DNA of 64,000 bases, taken from assembly GCA_043228905.1 (NCBI GenBank), contig JBHGNT010000003.1:4216001-4280000 (forward strand). Reading direction: 5' to 3'. This DNA comes from Azolla caroliniana (taxonomy: Eukaryota; Plantae; Polypodiophyta). This document shows, piece by piece, positions 1 to 13,370 of this stretch. Below the pieces are notes generated by a model. It was not told the DNA's origin and made no database searches. It saw only the letters and a program-made list of their open reading frames with translations. The number at the start of each line of letters is the position of its first letter. Position 1 is the stretch's first letter. The translations under genes and the position numbers were made by a program.

Positions 1-3000
1 GCATCACACACTATATCCCAGATGTTTGCTGCAAAGCATCTCGCATATAAATAGCTATAATATCCTATAAACAAAAGAGTTACAAATGATCAGATTGTTA
101 TTTTTTTTGGTTTGATGGGCTAATAAATGAATGAAAAAGTGCAGAAAACCCGAAAACCCAAGTCTTCAACGACTAATTGCCTAAATCTTAAGTCTTCAAT
201 GACCATAAGCATTAGTTTCCTTCATACTAAGTAGAAACGGATGTCAGAAATACAGTCTATACTTTGCTAAGTAGCATTTTATGCTTCCCCTCTATCATTG
301 TCAGACATTTATTAATTCATGAATTGGTCATGCTATCTGATTTAACACACCAGCACCATAAGTAACCAAATGGTTGAACCTTGTCTGCCAATGAGTTCCA
401 TCCACATGTTTCCAACTACTATGTTTATGTTTCAATGAGGAAATGACAGAAGTAGTATCCTCAGCCATAAGAGGCTGCTCTGCAAAATAAGCTTGATCGA
501 TCATCGCATATAAAACCTACAAATCAACAGCAAAATGTCATGAGCGAAATCTAACTAGAACAGAAAATACACACGGGGAAAAATATCTGGGCAGCCTTGG
601 AAAAAGGTCTGATTCTACAAACGGACAAATTAGGAAAATTTTCAGAACATGATATTCTTCTAAGCGTGCTAATGGTGAAGATGATTCTCTTCCATCTTAA
701 TGCTGCAGTGAAGTCCACATTCTAGTTTTACCATAACAACTTGCAACTCAGATGTGCAAACAAATACCATTAGTGACTGTACAATATATGAACTGTGAAA
801 TGAACACCATAAATCAATGGAGATATGAAGAACAAGGCTTACATTATTCAAATAATCATTGAAAACATTTGTCAATAATGAAAGATAGATTTAATAACAG
901 AATTTGATAAAAAATCGTTGTTTCATGAATTATCAACAAAATAGTTTTGCAATAGATTTAGCAGAGATTCAATGTACAAATATACGTAAAATAAAGAAAA
1001 CAAAAGCCCAAAGAAAATGAAAGTGAAAACAAAAAACAAAAGCAGCACCACCGAGAATATCACTCATAAAAGTGCTAGAAATGTGGCTTTCACCAATTAG
1101 CCTACTCCATCAAAAAGCATCGCTACCCACAATACCAATGCATAGAAGTGTAGAAAACAAATCCTTCATCATCCTGTCATCCCTTAGTGGAGTCCAATTT
1201 AATGATAATAGTTTAATAACATTAATATTTTAATTCAGGAATGCCTCTTCTATACAACAAACGGGAAAGCAACAAAGCCTGCACTAGCAAAGAAGTTAAG
1301 TCCTAGTCATCTCTTCCTCTTCCCAATCACTTCTACTAATGCTTGTCATCTCCTATTTTATGTTTCCGTCTAGTGGCAGTATTTCTCTTCCACTCACCTC
1401 CTGATGACTGTTCGAAGTATCTTATTCATGATGAGTGAACATACTTGCCTATACCTATGTAAATACAAACAAAAAGGTTCAGATTGCCTTTGCGTTCCCC
1501 CCAGGGCTGGCCACTATGGTGTAAGATCATATTAAGTTCACATCTGCCCATGCGCAAAGAAAGAAAGATATATTAACGTCTTTTAAGAGGCCAAAAAGGC
1601 CTATAAGACCAAACAATAAAAAAATAATAAGGCCACCCAAAAAAAATGTAACAGAAACTACCATAAACCAAACATAGGCATACAGATGTGGACATAAAAG
1701 AAAGTAGTTATCAAAGCATATCCAATGCCTTCGCATAGAAATATAGAGCACACCAATACTTACCGAAAGTTCTAAATTTATTGCAAAGATTTATTTGCCG
1801 ATAAAGGAATATCAAACGAAGAGTGTCAACATAACTATTAAAGAAAATTGACCAGATACCTGTCGTTGTAGCTCAGTTGCAACGAACATGTTCTTAGCTT
1901 TCTTCATTGATTCGACAAGCTGCAAAGGAATTTCTTCTCCAGTTGAATAGTGTTTGGCAAATCCTTTTAGTACACGATGATCCCATGCATAATACCTATA
2001 AAAGAAACAAAATTTGGAATGTTTAGGAAAATTAAAGAAAAATGGGAAACATGGGATAGCAGAGAAAACTATCAAAAAGTGCAGAACATGTATGGTGTGT
2101 GGATGAGGGAGTGAGATGGTCAGAAATAGTGTTTCTAGTAACTATATTAAGTAAATAGTAATAATTGGCTCAGAATGTTATAAGCCCCCAGATGTGCAAA
2201 TAGAATCTCAAAAAAAGTCAAAGAGAGAGAACAAAAGTATAATGCTTCAGAGAAATGTAAATGGAAACAAATATACACTACATTAAATTAAATGATACTA
2301 TAATAAGAACTGGATGGTATTTAGAAAAAATCAACAATAAAGCTAAACAAGCCCTAGCAGTTATTAAGAGGCCTCATATTTTGCTTCATGTAAAAAGGAA
2401 ATAAGAAGTAGATGAAATGTGAGCACCTCAAATGCAAAAAATCGTCTGTCAAAAAATAGATAAACAATCTGTCTTTAGACCTTTGATCACAATCAATTAT
2501 GTGTATTGAAGCAAATTATGAAGCATGACAATTTATCCTTCCCTTATTTTTTGATTTTTCATGGCAAGTTGAAGATGCATACATGGAAGGATGTATTCCT
2601 AGGTGGTGAAAAAGAACAAGTATTGACATTTATTTATTGCAGTTTGGATTGATCCATTAGACTCAGACATTCAAGATCTCCCATGGGCTTTTCAATGAAG
2701 TCTGAAGACCAGCACCATTCAATAATTTGTATCCAACTTATCTACTCAACCACAGAGTTTGCACAATTAATGCCTCATGCACCAGGGTATGATGTAAAAT
2801 ATGTATTCTTCATAGCTAAGATTCAAGCATGTAAGACATACATACTCAAAAAGGTTTGATGGGATCTCTACAAAATCAAGTACAGTCCGTGTACCAGAGA
2901 AATGCTGATAATCCTGTAAGTATAATTGTAATTCAAATATTGTCCCCATATAATTTATACCCAAAAAATTGATACATACAGTGTGTGTAAGGAGTGAATG

Positions 3001-6000
3001 TAGCGCATGCCCAAACTCATGGAAAAGTGTTTCTACTTCCCAATGATTGAGAAGAGGACATGAAGATGTGTTGCTTGAAAAATTGCAGACAAGGGCAACC
3101 ACCTGTAAAACCCAGAAATATCAGAGCATTAGAAAGTAGCAATCCTACATCCCGTATGAATATGTGAAAAGATATACATCATGCAGTGTTGGTCCAATAA
3201 AGATGTGTACAAATCCAGCAAAATATATGGAAAGATAAGGAATGTCAAAATAGATAAATATTTCCAGGAGCAAATGACCTGTACTTGAGTCCTGTTATAT
3301 TATTAACATGATATATCAGCAATGAACTTTCCATAAACTAACATATAGTCGGTAAACAACCCCCGATCTAATTAGAAAGTTACTGAGACCTCAACTATAG
3401 GTGCTTTTTAGAAACAAGATTTAGACACCCTAGGATTGAGATGATATTACAGGTAGCTGATATTTGTCGTCTGCAATGCGTCTACCACCTTTCAATGCAA
3501 AATGTGCAGATCCAGGAAACTTCCCTTTACGAGAATATAGATCAAGATACAAATGTCCCAAATCACCCTGCGAGCAGCAAAATATTTAAAATCAAACATG
3601 TCTCCCAAAGAGACTTTGGAATTCTTAGAAAAAATAATATACATGTGGTCAAGGCATAACCAAATAGAAGTATCATGTTAAATTGCATGGGTAATATAAA
3701 AAATACTAAAATTAACTTAACTGGCTAGCCTTTGTATAACGGTACACATTGCACACAGTAACTGCTACAAAGAATCAAGTATATTTTCAGAGACGAGAAC
3801 TTTATTATTAAAACATAACGAGGCTACCTCATCAGAGTGTTGCAGTGTGAACTTCTGCACTCCTGGATGCCAACCCTCACCACGTGCAAGCGAAACTTCC
3901 TTTAACTTCACACCAAATAGTGATTGAGTAATTAGTTTTAGTCCTTCCACACACTGTTTCAATGGGAAAAATGATGCCACAACCTGAGACAAAAAGCCAG
4001 TGAAGTTGATACAAGGCCCATTGAAAACAAAGGAAGTTTGATTCATAAAATTCAAACAAAATAAATCTCACTCTAGCATTCAATCCCAATGACTGTTCTT
4101 TCATCAAGTTTGTATAATATGCCTCATCCCAAGCATCAATCCCTTCGAAAGATGAACCTTCAACCTGTTTTCCAAACTTTTCCAGCATTCTAAGTTCCTG
4201 AAAAATATGGATTGTCTTATCACCATGTGTAGATATGGTTATGATCGTTGCATGAAATTCAGTTTATATGAAATATGAGTGATCTATATATGTTTGTTTA
4301 ATGGCCACCCTATTCAGGATAATAAGAGTCAATAAATGTAAATTTTAATTAGCGGAAAAAAGCCATTTACAAAGCACTACAAAGTTAGCTTAAAATCTAA
4401 TCCGTACTAAAATCTGCTGGCAAAAGCTTTAGTCTAAAATAAATGTAGCTTTCAAGAGATTTAAAATCAGTGAAACCAACTACAATAGATCACATTTTGA
4501 GATCAGGATTTACCTACCAATTGATTGAATTTATCTATTGCCTCATTTGTTAATTGTATAATGCATCACCTCTATTCTAACTTGGTGGCATGTTTTCTAA
4601 GCTACAGGGATCCACATCACAATCATGCACCAGATTTTTCTTGGCTGGAGGATAACCTTTAGCATTCATATGTAATTCATGGGCAACCAGTTCACAGATA
4701 AATTTTGGAGGGGATGTGTTTATGGACACTGATTCAGTTCAGCTGTAGAACATCCCAAGAATAAAGTGCAAATATAGATTCCTTGGGTGAGTTTTGTACT
4801 CAGCATGTAATAACTTACAACAAAGGCATTCATGTACAAATCATGGATCACTGTCCCTAGGCAATCAATCAACATTTGCTGAAAGAAATATATAGTAACG
4901 TCTTTTAAGAGGTCAAAATGGCCTATAAGACCAAACAAGAGATTACATCTTAGGTGTTGTCTCGTCTTTGAGAACAAATCAAAATAAAATAAATATTACT
5001 CAGTATATATAAAAGTAAATAAGATAAAAACAGATGAGGGAATCTGGTTTTTGGCACATGCGAGATTCTCAAGTTAGATATATTGTAACTTTTGTCTTCG
5101 AAAGATCTCTAGCATAGGTCGATCCAGACTGTAGAGGTCTCAGAAACAAGGGAAGCACCTGTGATGGCAGGAGATAATGGCCTTTATCTGTCATGCACGT
5201 AGGCCCTGGCCCCATGGACCACGACCTCAGCACCCTTGTCAGATAAAGGCCATTATCACGTGCACGACAGATAAAGGCCATTATCTCCTGCCATTGCAGG
5301 TGCTTCCCTCGCTTCGGAGACCTCTCCATTCTGGATTGACCTATGCTAGAGATCTTTCGAAGACAAAAGTTACAATATATCTAACTTGAGAATCTCACAT
5401 GTGCCGAAAACCAGATTCCCTCATCTCTTTTTATCTTATTTACTTTTATATTTACTGAGTAATACTTATTTTATTTTGATTTGTTGTTCTCAAAGACAAG
5501 ACAACACTTAAGATGTAATCTCTTGTTTGGTCTTATAGGCCATTTTGGCCTCTTAAAAGACATTAATATATCTTTCTCTCTTTTCTTTCTTCTGCAGCCC
5601 TGTTTACTATTTCTTCTAGTTTATCTCTCCAGAAGAATTTCAGTTCTGATCTTGTTACTCAGGCTTGAGTGGCCTTAAACACCATCACTTAGTTTTATAA
5701 GGTTGACCAACAAATCCCTCTCTACTCAAAAAGAGTTAAAAGCATTTAGATGTCTTTGTAAGCCCTTTCAAGAGTCGGAGATCAACAAAATGTCATCAGC
5801 ATTAAATAATACTGCATGTCTACCCTTACTAAGCATGATTCTAAACCACCCAATCTTTTAGGGAACACAGTATATTAACGTCTTTTAAGAGGCGAAAATG
5901 GCCTATGATACCATACACCTGATTATTGTTTCGTCTTTGAGAACAATAAACCCAAATAAATATAAGTATTTTGCAAAGTGATCAAAATACCAGATAATCT

Positions 6001-9000
6001 CATTATCCAAGTCATAAACATTCTGAGCTTAAAAAGATAACTTACAACAAATGGAGTATACTTTGTCATCACTTCAAGTGGGAAAGAGAACACACATTGT
6101 CAAGTCATATTTACGGCATTATGAGTGAGAATCACCAAAGATGATCCAAAGGTAGGTAGGTGCTTTGTTCTGCTATATAAAACTGGATGCAGACACAAAT
6201 GATGAAGGATAAGGTCCCACAATGCTACCAATATCCAGGTCAGCATGACTACTACTACTACCACTCTTACTAAAGTACGCAACAATTATCTGACCAGTTA
6301 TGAAATTATCCTACGCTGATACCTTTCCCTTTCGGTTAATCATCTCTAAATCAGAATTATGTTTCTGAAATTACTTTTTAGGACTATGAAAATGTGTATA
6401 CTCACCTCATCTGCTTTTCCCTTGATCTTTTCGCTGAAGTCAATAAGAAAGGAGTTCACCACATCTGACGAAGCTGCAATTGTTGGGGCCAGATTGAACT
6501 CTGCAAATGAACGGTATCCCAAGTGCTGAAAACAAGCAAGAAATATTCAGGCTTGAAATCCCACACACAATTTGTATATGTAGGAACTTAGCATGATTTA
6601 AAAATAACTAGACCTGCGCAAATTCATGTCGAGAAGCTATAAGATCATTGAGTACCTCCAGGTTTTGCTTTGGCACACTATAACCATTTATGTATGTTTG
6701 TCTCCTTATCTATCCAAAAGATGAGAAAATAAAGAAGGCAAGTTATTGAGAATCTACACTACCGCAGTAGAAAGAAAGAAAGAAAGACATATTAAGGCCT
6801 TTTAAGAGAGCAAAATAGCACATGGGACAACTTTAGGAAAGAGATACCCTCTCTTAATTGGTTCATTCCCATAATATTCCTCAAAGAAACTTACATAAAA
6901 TAGTTCCTATAAAAGTTTTTCAAGATAAGCACATAGGTACATCAATCATGAAACTCTTGACATAATCATGTTTTCACAATAAAATACTCGATGTAAAGAA
7001 GATGGAACTCTTCCTCCCACCCAAGTCCCTACCTCTACTATTGGACGCATAGGAAGTTTTGACAATATATTTTGGCATCTAAATCTTTTAATTGACATGA
7101 AAACTCAATTTATATTAGCATGAAATATATAGGTTTATACCTCCTTGTCTTTGCACCATTTGAGAATGGAGAAGAGATTTTCAGAATCGGTAATGACTCT
7201 CACTCCATGCTGCATGGTTTTCAAATTTATCTCTCTCCTGGATAGCATTTTAATTGTGCCATCATTTGATCGACATATCGGCTTTGTCATTCGTTGTATG
7301 CATTTGGGAACCTTTGATACTGGAAAGATGTCGATATGGCCAGGATCCTCCAAGATGTTTGTAACAAACCTGGGATAGATCTATTTCAACCAGTGTGAAC
7401 AGGAAAAACATGGAAATAACAAATGTTCAGGATAGATAGCAGATCAAGTATACTTGCGCCCAAGATGAGTGATATGCAGGTTGAGCTGTTGAATCCGTTC
7501 ACGCTTTTCTGCATGTCAATTGAACCCCACATGAAATAATCATTCCTATTAACTGATATGGGTATCTCATTATTTCCACACTCACCATCAGAGAGATGAA
7601 CCCCACCCCTTTCAAACTCTACTCTATGTGTATATGCTGCCCGTTGGGCTTCTTCAGTAGTCAAGGTATTTGATCGTTCTACCTTGGCTATAGCATCATA
7701 AAGAATAGAATTTGTATTCAACTTCTGCAGATTATGTTAAACCAAGCAAAAAATCAAACTCTTACATGAATCCAAAAAGGTTGTATTGGAAAAACAATGA
7801 CACAGATTCTCTTGATGTTAGTGTAGATTTTGATAGCCATGGCAACTAAAACCAAGAATAAGATACTCAAGTATAATATCAGAAGTAACCTGCTCATAAT
7901 TGCACGAATAAGTAAGAAGAACCACTAAACATATGAATATAAGCATAAGTTAGCTGATGCCATCTCATCACAGCATGATAGTTCTCTAGTTTCCTAATTT
8001 ATGGCTTCGTCTCAGGCTCACATATCTAGCATTACATTTTTGTCCATGAGTCCCATCTTTACAATTTTATCATGTTTCGTTAAAACATGTCCATCTATGA
8101 TAGGATATACCACCATCGAGGAATGAAAGTGAAACATTAGGTTAGAATTTAAGTTCTCTAGTTTCCTGATTTATGGCTTCGTCTCAGGCTCACATATCTA
8201 GCATACATTTTTGTCCATGAGTCTCATCTTTGCAATTTTATCATTTTATCATGTTTAGCTAAAACATGTCCATCTATGATAGGATATACCACCATTGAGG
8301 AATGAAAGTGAAATATTACTTTAAAATTTAAGTTCTCTAGTTTCCTGATTTATGGCTTCGGGGACCAAAAATTCGAGTTCCTCTAGGATTTCCTTCCTGA
8401 TTCACAATAACAGCTGCGTTGCCATCAAATCTGAGAATCATTCCATTATCTCGTTTCATTTCCCTACGAGTTCGGACCACCACTGCTCTAACTACTTCCG
8501 ACCTTTTCAGAGGCATATTGGGTACTCAGGCTCACATATCTAGCATACATTTTTGTCCATGAGTCTCATCTTTGCAATTTTATCATTTTATCATAGAATC
8601 AATATTTGGTACTCATTTAAAATTTCCTAAAGAATAAACAAAAAATAATGATCATTAATGGGAGTATGAAAAAGAGAATATTAAATTGTCATAATGACCA
8701 CTGAATCCACAGTTTATATTAGTGATACCAGTGTACAGCCTGAAATAGATACTCACATTGAGATATTCATACATTCTCATTGATGCTTGACTAGATTCCC
8801 TTACAAAGTCTCTGCAAAAACAATTGACAAAGACGTGTTACAAAGTCTTTTCTTTCAAAATTATTACAATGGTTTCTAACAAGCGTTTGGAACATAGACA
8901 TCATGTTCTTATGTTAGTGAGTGATATGCAGCTCCTAAATATGCATACATTAATCATCAAACTATAATCTATATGATGCCTATGATTACAGGCAAACTAA

Positions 9001-12000
9001 AAAATGATAAAAGTGAGACCAATCATGCCTATGACACCCTTGTGATTGTCCCATACTTAAGATATTCAGGGAAGCTCTAATTAAGTTTTGTTCTTACAAA
9101 TTGCCTTCATAGAGTTGTCCTGAATATTGGGTTCTATATAAGGCAAGAAGGCCTATTGATTGTATTCAACCTTACCTCATTACTAACATGAGTATTAACT
9201 ATCGTAGAGCCCTAACACTCCTTCAAACGATCACACAACCTAGGTATTGAAGTTGCATTATGGAATCAAAATCAGCCAAATATAAAGACATGTAAGGTAT
9301 GCAAGGAAGGGCTAGTAGAGGATGAATATCACTTGCTTTTTACATGCTCTGCATATAGTGCAATTCGTAAAAGCTATGATGAAATATTAAGAGTGGGTGA
9401 TAACTTGAGTATCATACTAACAAGAACACCTCGAAGGTTGAGCTCATATTTGATGCCTTATTCGCACACCAAGACTTGGTGCTTCAAAGTATGAATATCC
9501 CTTCTTAGGAAGGAGACATACATCAAGATAACTTTTGTACTTAGTTCCTATGGATCAATATTGGCTTCTTTAAGGACACTAAAATATATCTATCTATCCT
9601 AATCAAATGACCTATCTAATGTAGAGTTTGCATACGACATGAGATGACACATAGCTTGATGACTGCCTGAAAGATTCTCAGATGATACATGCTAGCCAAA
9701 TTTTTGCAAGAAACACAAGTTTCCATAAATTCCTCATACAGAAATAATCAAACAAGCAAACCACCTTCAAATGTCTGGTAGCATGCAAAAGAAATAAATG
9801 ATGCTGAGAACACAGTTATGCAACAACTTGCAGAAAATGCAAACATTCAAGGTAACCATCAAATTTAAACGAATACAGCGAAAGTTTGAAGGAAAATTTA
9901 ATAAGTATTTCTTTCAGATTTCAGGTCGTTCAGTTGCAAAGTTGAATCCCGATATGCATCATTATTAGTTGAACTTTCTTTGCTGCATAAAAAATCTCAC
10001 AGGAAAATATAGCTTTTCGCTGCATTATAGTTTGGACTGGATGGCAGAAGCAACTTACAAATCAACGTGAGTATTTCTGCATAGTTCTGCAGAATCAATC
10101 ACTGTGCATACCTGCTTACAAAAACATCGCAGAGAGAAACTATGAATGGCAACACATTTAATACCAAGAAAGAATCATGCACTCATATAATATATTCATG
10201 ACATGAACTCTTCTTTTTTCACCCATTGGTAAGATTCTCACACTTAACAAAAATGAACCAATTGTGAAAAACAAATCGAATAAAAAATAGGAATGGCAGT
10301 GCCAGTGATTCAAGAAAGAAGAAAATAGTTCCAAACATAATAATGAGGGGGTGCTTCCAAATCATCAGTTGGAAAAATTTCCAAGCAATACATGTGTCAT
10401 CAATGGCATATTTAATCTTTTATTTTACTTTAAATTCTATAAAAACTGTGAGAAAATAAATTGTAACAGCACACTCTGAAAAACATGACTGAATGTCCAG
10501 AATCCGCATTTCCATTTCAGGACTGGGGATACAATTGATCTTTGCAAAAATCATTGAGTCAGTTAATAGACCATCGGCATGTCATTCTTGGTGCACTTTT
10601 TGGAGAAGGTTGGCAAAAATGTTGAGAGAGGAACTCCACACACTATTTTCTGATTTCACCCAAGACAAAGTTTCAGCAACATTTGTGGGTTCAACAACAT
10701 TTTTGTGCATTTTCTATCCAAAACTAGCCTGCATTGATTATGAAATTCCCAATTTCCTTCATATTCCATAGGATAGTTGGTTTCAGATTAGCAAAAGTGT
10801 GTGCTCCTTCTTTGTTGTTGGAGGTTATGGCTAGCACAATTTGATTAAAACAAGGATTCCCACTATCACCTACTATCTTCAATCTTTGTATAGATGAGAT
10901 ATTCAATTACATAGACATTGGGAAGTTCAGGAGCATGCTTAACAGAGATAGCCATACTGATATTACTAAATACTGATGAAACTGTTTTAATTTCCAATGC
11001 TCTGGAAGAACTACAAAAGCATCTACATGATTTAAAGTCATTTTGTGTAGATAAAAGTTTGTCTATAAACCTTTATAAAACTGAAGTGATGATGTTTAAC
11101 ATCACTCAGGCATGGGTAAGCATATCATCGTTGGAATTTTTATTGGGAGAGGAAAAGGCGCCATACACACGATCATAATATAAATCGGAGTAACATCCAC
11201 GAGGCCTCAGTCCTCCCTACAGGAGGCTGCTTTTATCTGACTCTATCATGGATATACAAACCTTGGTGCACTTGAGAGACAAAGCACATATATACAATTG
11301 CGAGGACAAAAAAACAATTGTGGTTGTTTGATACACTTGTAGCGCCAAGTCTTCTCTACAGGTAGAAACTCTGTGACTGAGCCTTCATGGGTCACATCGA
11401 TGGAGAGTTTTAGAGAGACCTTTAGCCTCGATAATTTCCTGCAATAAGGAGCTAAGCCCCAGGATATAATCCAGTTGGAGATGAGAATAACCTCAATATA
11501 GTCCAAGGCACTGTTCTAATCAATAATTATCCAATGGTTCTAATAGCTCCCTAAGCAAAAGTACTCACCATTGTCTTATATCATCAATATAGTCGAATGT
11601 CAAGATAATCATTGTTAGTTTGTTGAAATGCAAGAATGGTTTCAATCACATGGCATAATTATAAAGGCACTAGCCTCATTCTAATATAGCTTAGATTGTC
11701 AAAGTGGAGAAGAGCTAGTTATCCTAATTCAGATCATTAAATTGGATAAAAAAAGAATGTGGATCAGCCCCACAATGCCTCTTGGTAGGAAGATGGCCCA
11801 TTATAAGGCCCTCTCTTTACACCTGTCATGGGATGGATTTATCGTAAGGCCCTCTTATATGGACATGCATCTAGCTCATGAGCTCCATAGCGTGATAAGA
11901 CAGCTCACGACCTCCTCAAATTGATTGGAGAAAAACTTCATTTGAAACACTATAAACATTGTTATCTGAACATATTTGTGCTTCTAGGACCTCCATTTAT

Positions 12001-12835
12001 TGGTGCTACCAGAATACATGCCAGAAATTTCTAGAAAGGAGCAAAAAAAAGAAGAAGAGAAGGAAAAAAATTTGGAAGAAGAAACTAAAAAAAACACATT
12101 CTTACCGTGTCTGAGAGCTCGTCAAATAGCCTAATAGTTTCCATGGAAGGAGGCGTGGTTCTGATGGACTCAATCAATTCATCTGACCTGCAAACATAAG
12201 GAAGAGAAATAATTTTCCACAGTTTAGGAACCACCTATTATTGTGACTTTCATTCACAGTGATGGTTACAACACATTCATGTGAGATTTGATCACAATGA
12301 ATATTCCCACTACAAACTTTCATATGATCTCTTTTACCTATAAAATGTAACATCTACCATGAATAGAATGTTATCTCTCTTTTATCATCAAATTAAGTTA
12401 CATATATCAAATTGTTATACTTTGTTAGATAGTACTTTCAATTCCTCAGGGACGAGAGTTGGAAGAAACTCGTCGCAATTAGAATGCCGGTGGGAGATGC
12501 CACTTCCGGACAACATGTATGGAGGTTCATGCTTTATTTTTATTTCTATAGTAAGAAAATTTCCATATTTTATTTTATTCTACAGAAAAAGGAATTTCCA
12601 CACTTCACCTCTGCAATAAAAAAACAAAAGAAAAAGGAAACCATACTTCTCCTCTACAGAAGGAAGAAAGACGATGGAGGACATACCTTTCAATGGCTTC
12701 TTGCGCGAAGGTTTGGAAGCCAGTGGCAGACTTGAGGACTTGGTAGCCATAAAGGCCACCGGATTCAGAGGTTGAGAAGAGACGAAGGTTTGTCCTTTTG
12801 GCGATGGTGATGGCGATGGCGATGGCATGGCCCAT
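1..12835 (-). CDS. OCT1: Mitochondrial intermediate peptidase (peptidase M3A, MIP/Oct1); 3' end lies beyond the window
   Basis: GT-AG exons with consistent phases: 12687-12835, 12106-12187, 10059-10111, 8757-8811, 7586-7724, 7454-7508, 7141-7369, 6614-6709, 6406-6525, 4072-4197, 3828-3983, 3451-3567, 2980-3102, 2846-2913, 1860-1995, 351-516, 1-64. Motifs: [37 protein letters not shown], zinc motif [45 protein letters not shown]. Confidence 0.95.
1557..1760 (-). mobile_element. 3'-end fragment of an RTEX-like LINE in a MIP intron
   Basis: The minus strand ends in GGTCTTATAGGCCTTTTTGGCCTCTTAAAAGACGTTAATATATCTTTCTTTCT, matching the 3' end of the LINE at 19409-20664. The 5' boundary is approximate. 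Confidence 0.7.
4881..5590. repeat. Long inverted repeat (arms ~4881-5200 and ~5258-5590, loop ~57 bp) made of two head-to-head LINE 3' ends
   Basis: The arms are visibly reverse-complementary, e.g. GATTCTCAAGTTAGATATATTGTAACTTTTGTCTTCGAAAGATCTCTAGCATAGGTC against GACCTATGCTAGAGATCTTTCGAAGACAAAAGTTACAATATATCTAACTTGAGAATC. The mirror ORFs 5069-5329(-) and 5177-5389(+) encode near-identical peptides. Confidence 0.95.
5610..5860 (-). mobile_element. Degenerate LINE reverse-transcriptase fragment
   Basis: The minus strand reads [40 protein letters not shown] (YADD region). It is homologous to 10960-11160. Confidence 0.75.
5870..5970 (-). mobile_element. Short LINE 3'-end fragment of the same family as the palindrome arms
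   Basis: TATATTAACGTCTTTTAAGAGGCGAAAATGGCCTAT...TCGTCTTTGAGAACAA matches 4890-4980. Confidence 0.7.
6769..7080 (-). mobile_element. LINE 3'-end fragment with a (TTTC)n tail
   Basis: The minus strand ends in CTCTTAAAAGGCCTTAATATGTCTTTCTTTCTTTCTTTCT. The 5' boundary is approximate. Confidence 0.6.
7981..8594. repeat. Intronic tandem repeat with a ~175-bp unit and about 2.5 copies; the third copy is interrupted
   Basis: The unit GTTCTCTAGTTTCCTRATTTATGGCTTCG... starts at 7981, 8153 and 8332. Confidence 0.9.
8361..8525 (-). pseudogene. rpl14: Nuclear plastid DNA insert (NUPT): internal fragment of plastid rpl14
   Basis: The minus strand translates without stops to [55 protein letters not shown], which is recognisably plastid-type ribosomal protein L14. 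Confidence 0.9.
9040..9600 (+). mobile_element. 3' fragment of an RTEX-like LINE (CCHC region plus tail)
   Basis: Encodes [27 protein letters not shown] and ends in TTTAAGGACACTAAAATATATCTATCTATC. Confidence 0.75.
10500..11990 (+). mobile_element. Degenerate LINE ORF2 (RT) fragment in MIP intron 2
   Basis: [17 protein letters not shown] and [22 protein letters not shown] (a decayed LLYADD motif), with many stops and frameshifts. Boundaries are approximate. Confidence 0.75.
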
Positions 12836-12872
12836 TCTTCTTCTTCTTCTTCTTCTTCTTCTTCTTCTTCTT
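12835..12872. repeat. (CTT)n/(GAA)n microsatellite immediately upstream of the MIP start codon
   Basis: Seen directly in the sequence. Confidence 0.95.
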
Positions 12873-12919
12873 GCACAGACCTCAATCAGTCCTCATGCAC
12901 TCACTCACTTCTACATGGC

Positions 12920-13370
12920 ACATACATACATACATACATGCATGCATGCATGCATGCATACCATACCATACCATACATACGGACGTGACAATTTGCTACC
13001 AAATCATAAAGAGGCCTGGCTAGGGAATCGCGGCCACAGACAATGCAGGGCGCGTTTCAAAGGGCGCCTACGATCTGCATTGTCCCAAAAAAGCACGCGC
13101 CTTGCTCGTAACCCGGTTCTTACCAGCGTTTTTCACTAACCTGGCCCTGACTAACCTCTGTCACTGATAACCCGGCTGTCGGCTGTATCCATCATCTATC
13201 ACCAATAACTCAGCTTTGCCTCCTTCTACTACCATCAGTAACCCGACCTAATGACACATACATATACATACATACACATGCATACAAACACACTTATAAC
13301 CCATATATGTATACTAACTTACATAAATATGTACACATATAGACACATATTTGCATATATACATAATACA
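12920..13370. repeat. (CATA)n-type tracts (12920-12980, 13255-13370) flanking a GC-richer island
   Basis: Seen directly in the sequence. Confidence 0.8.
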
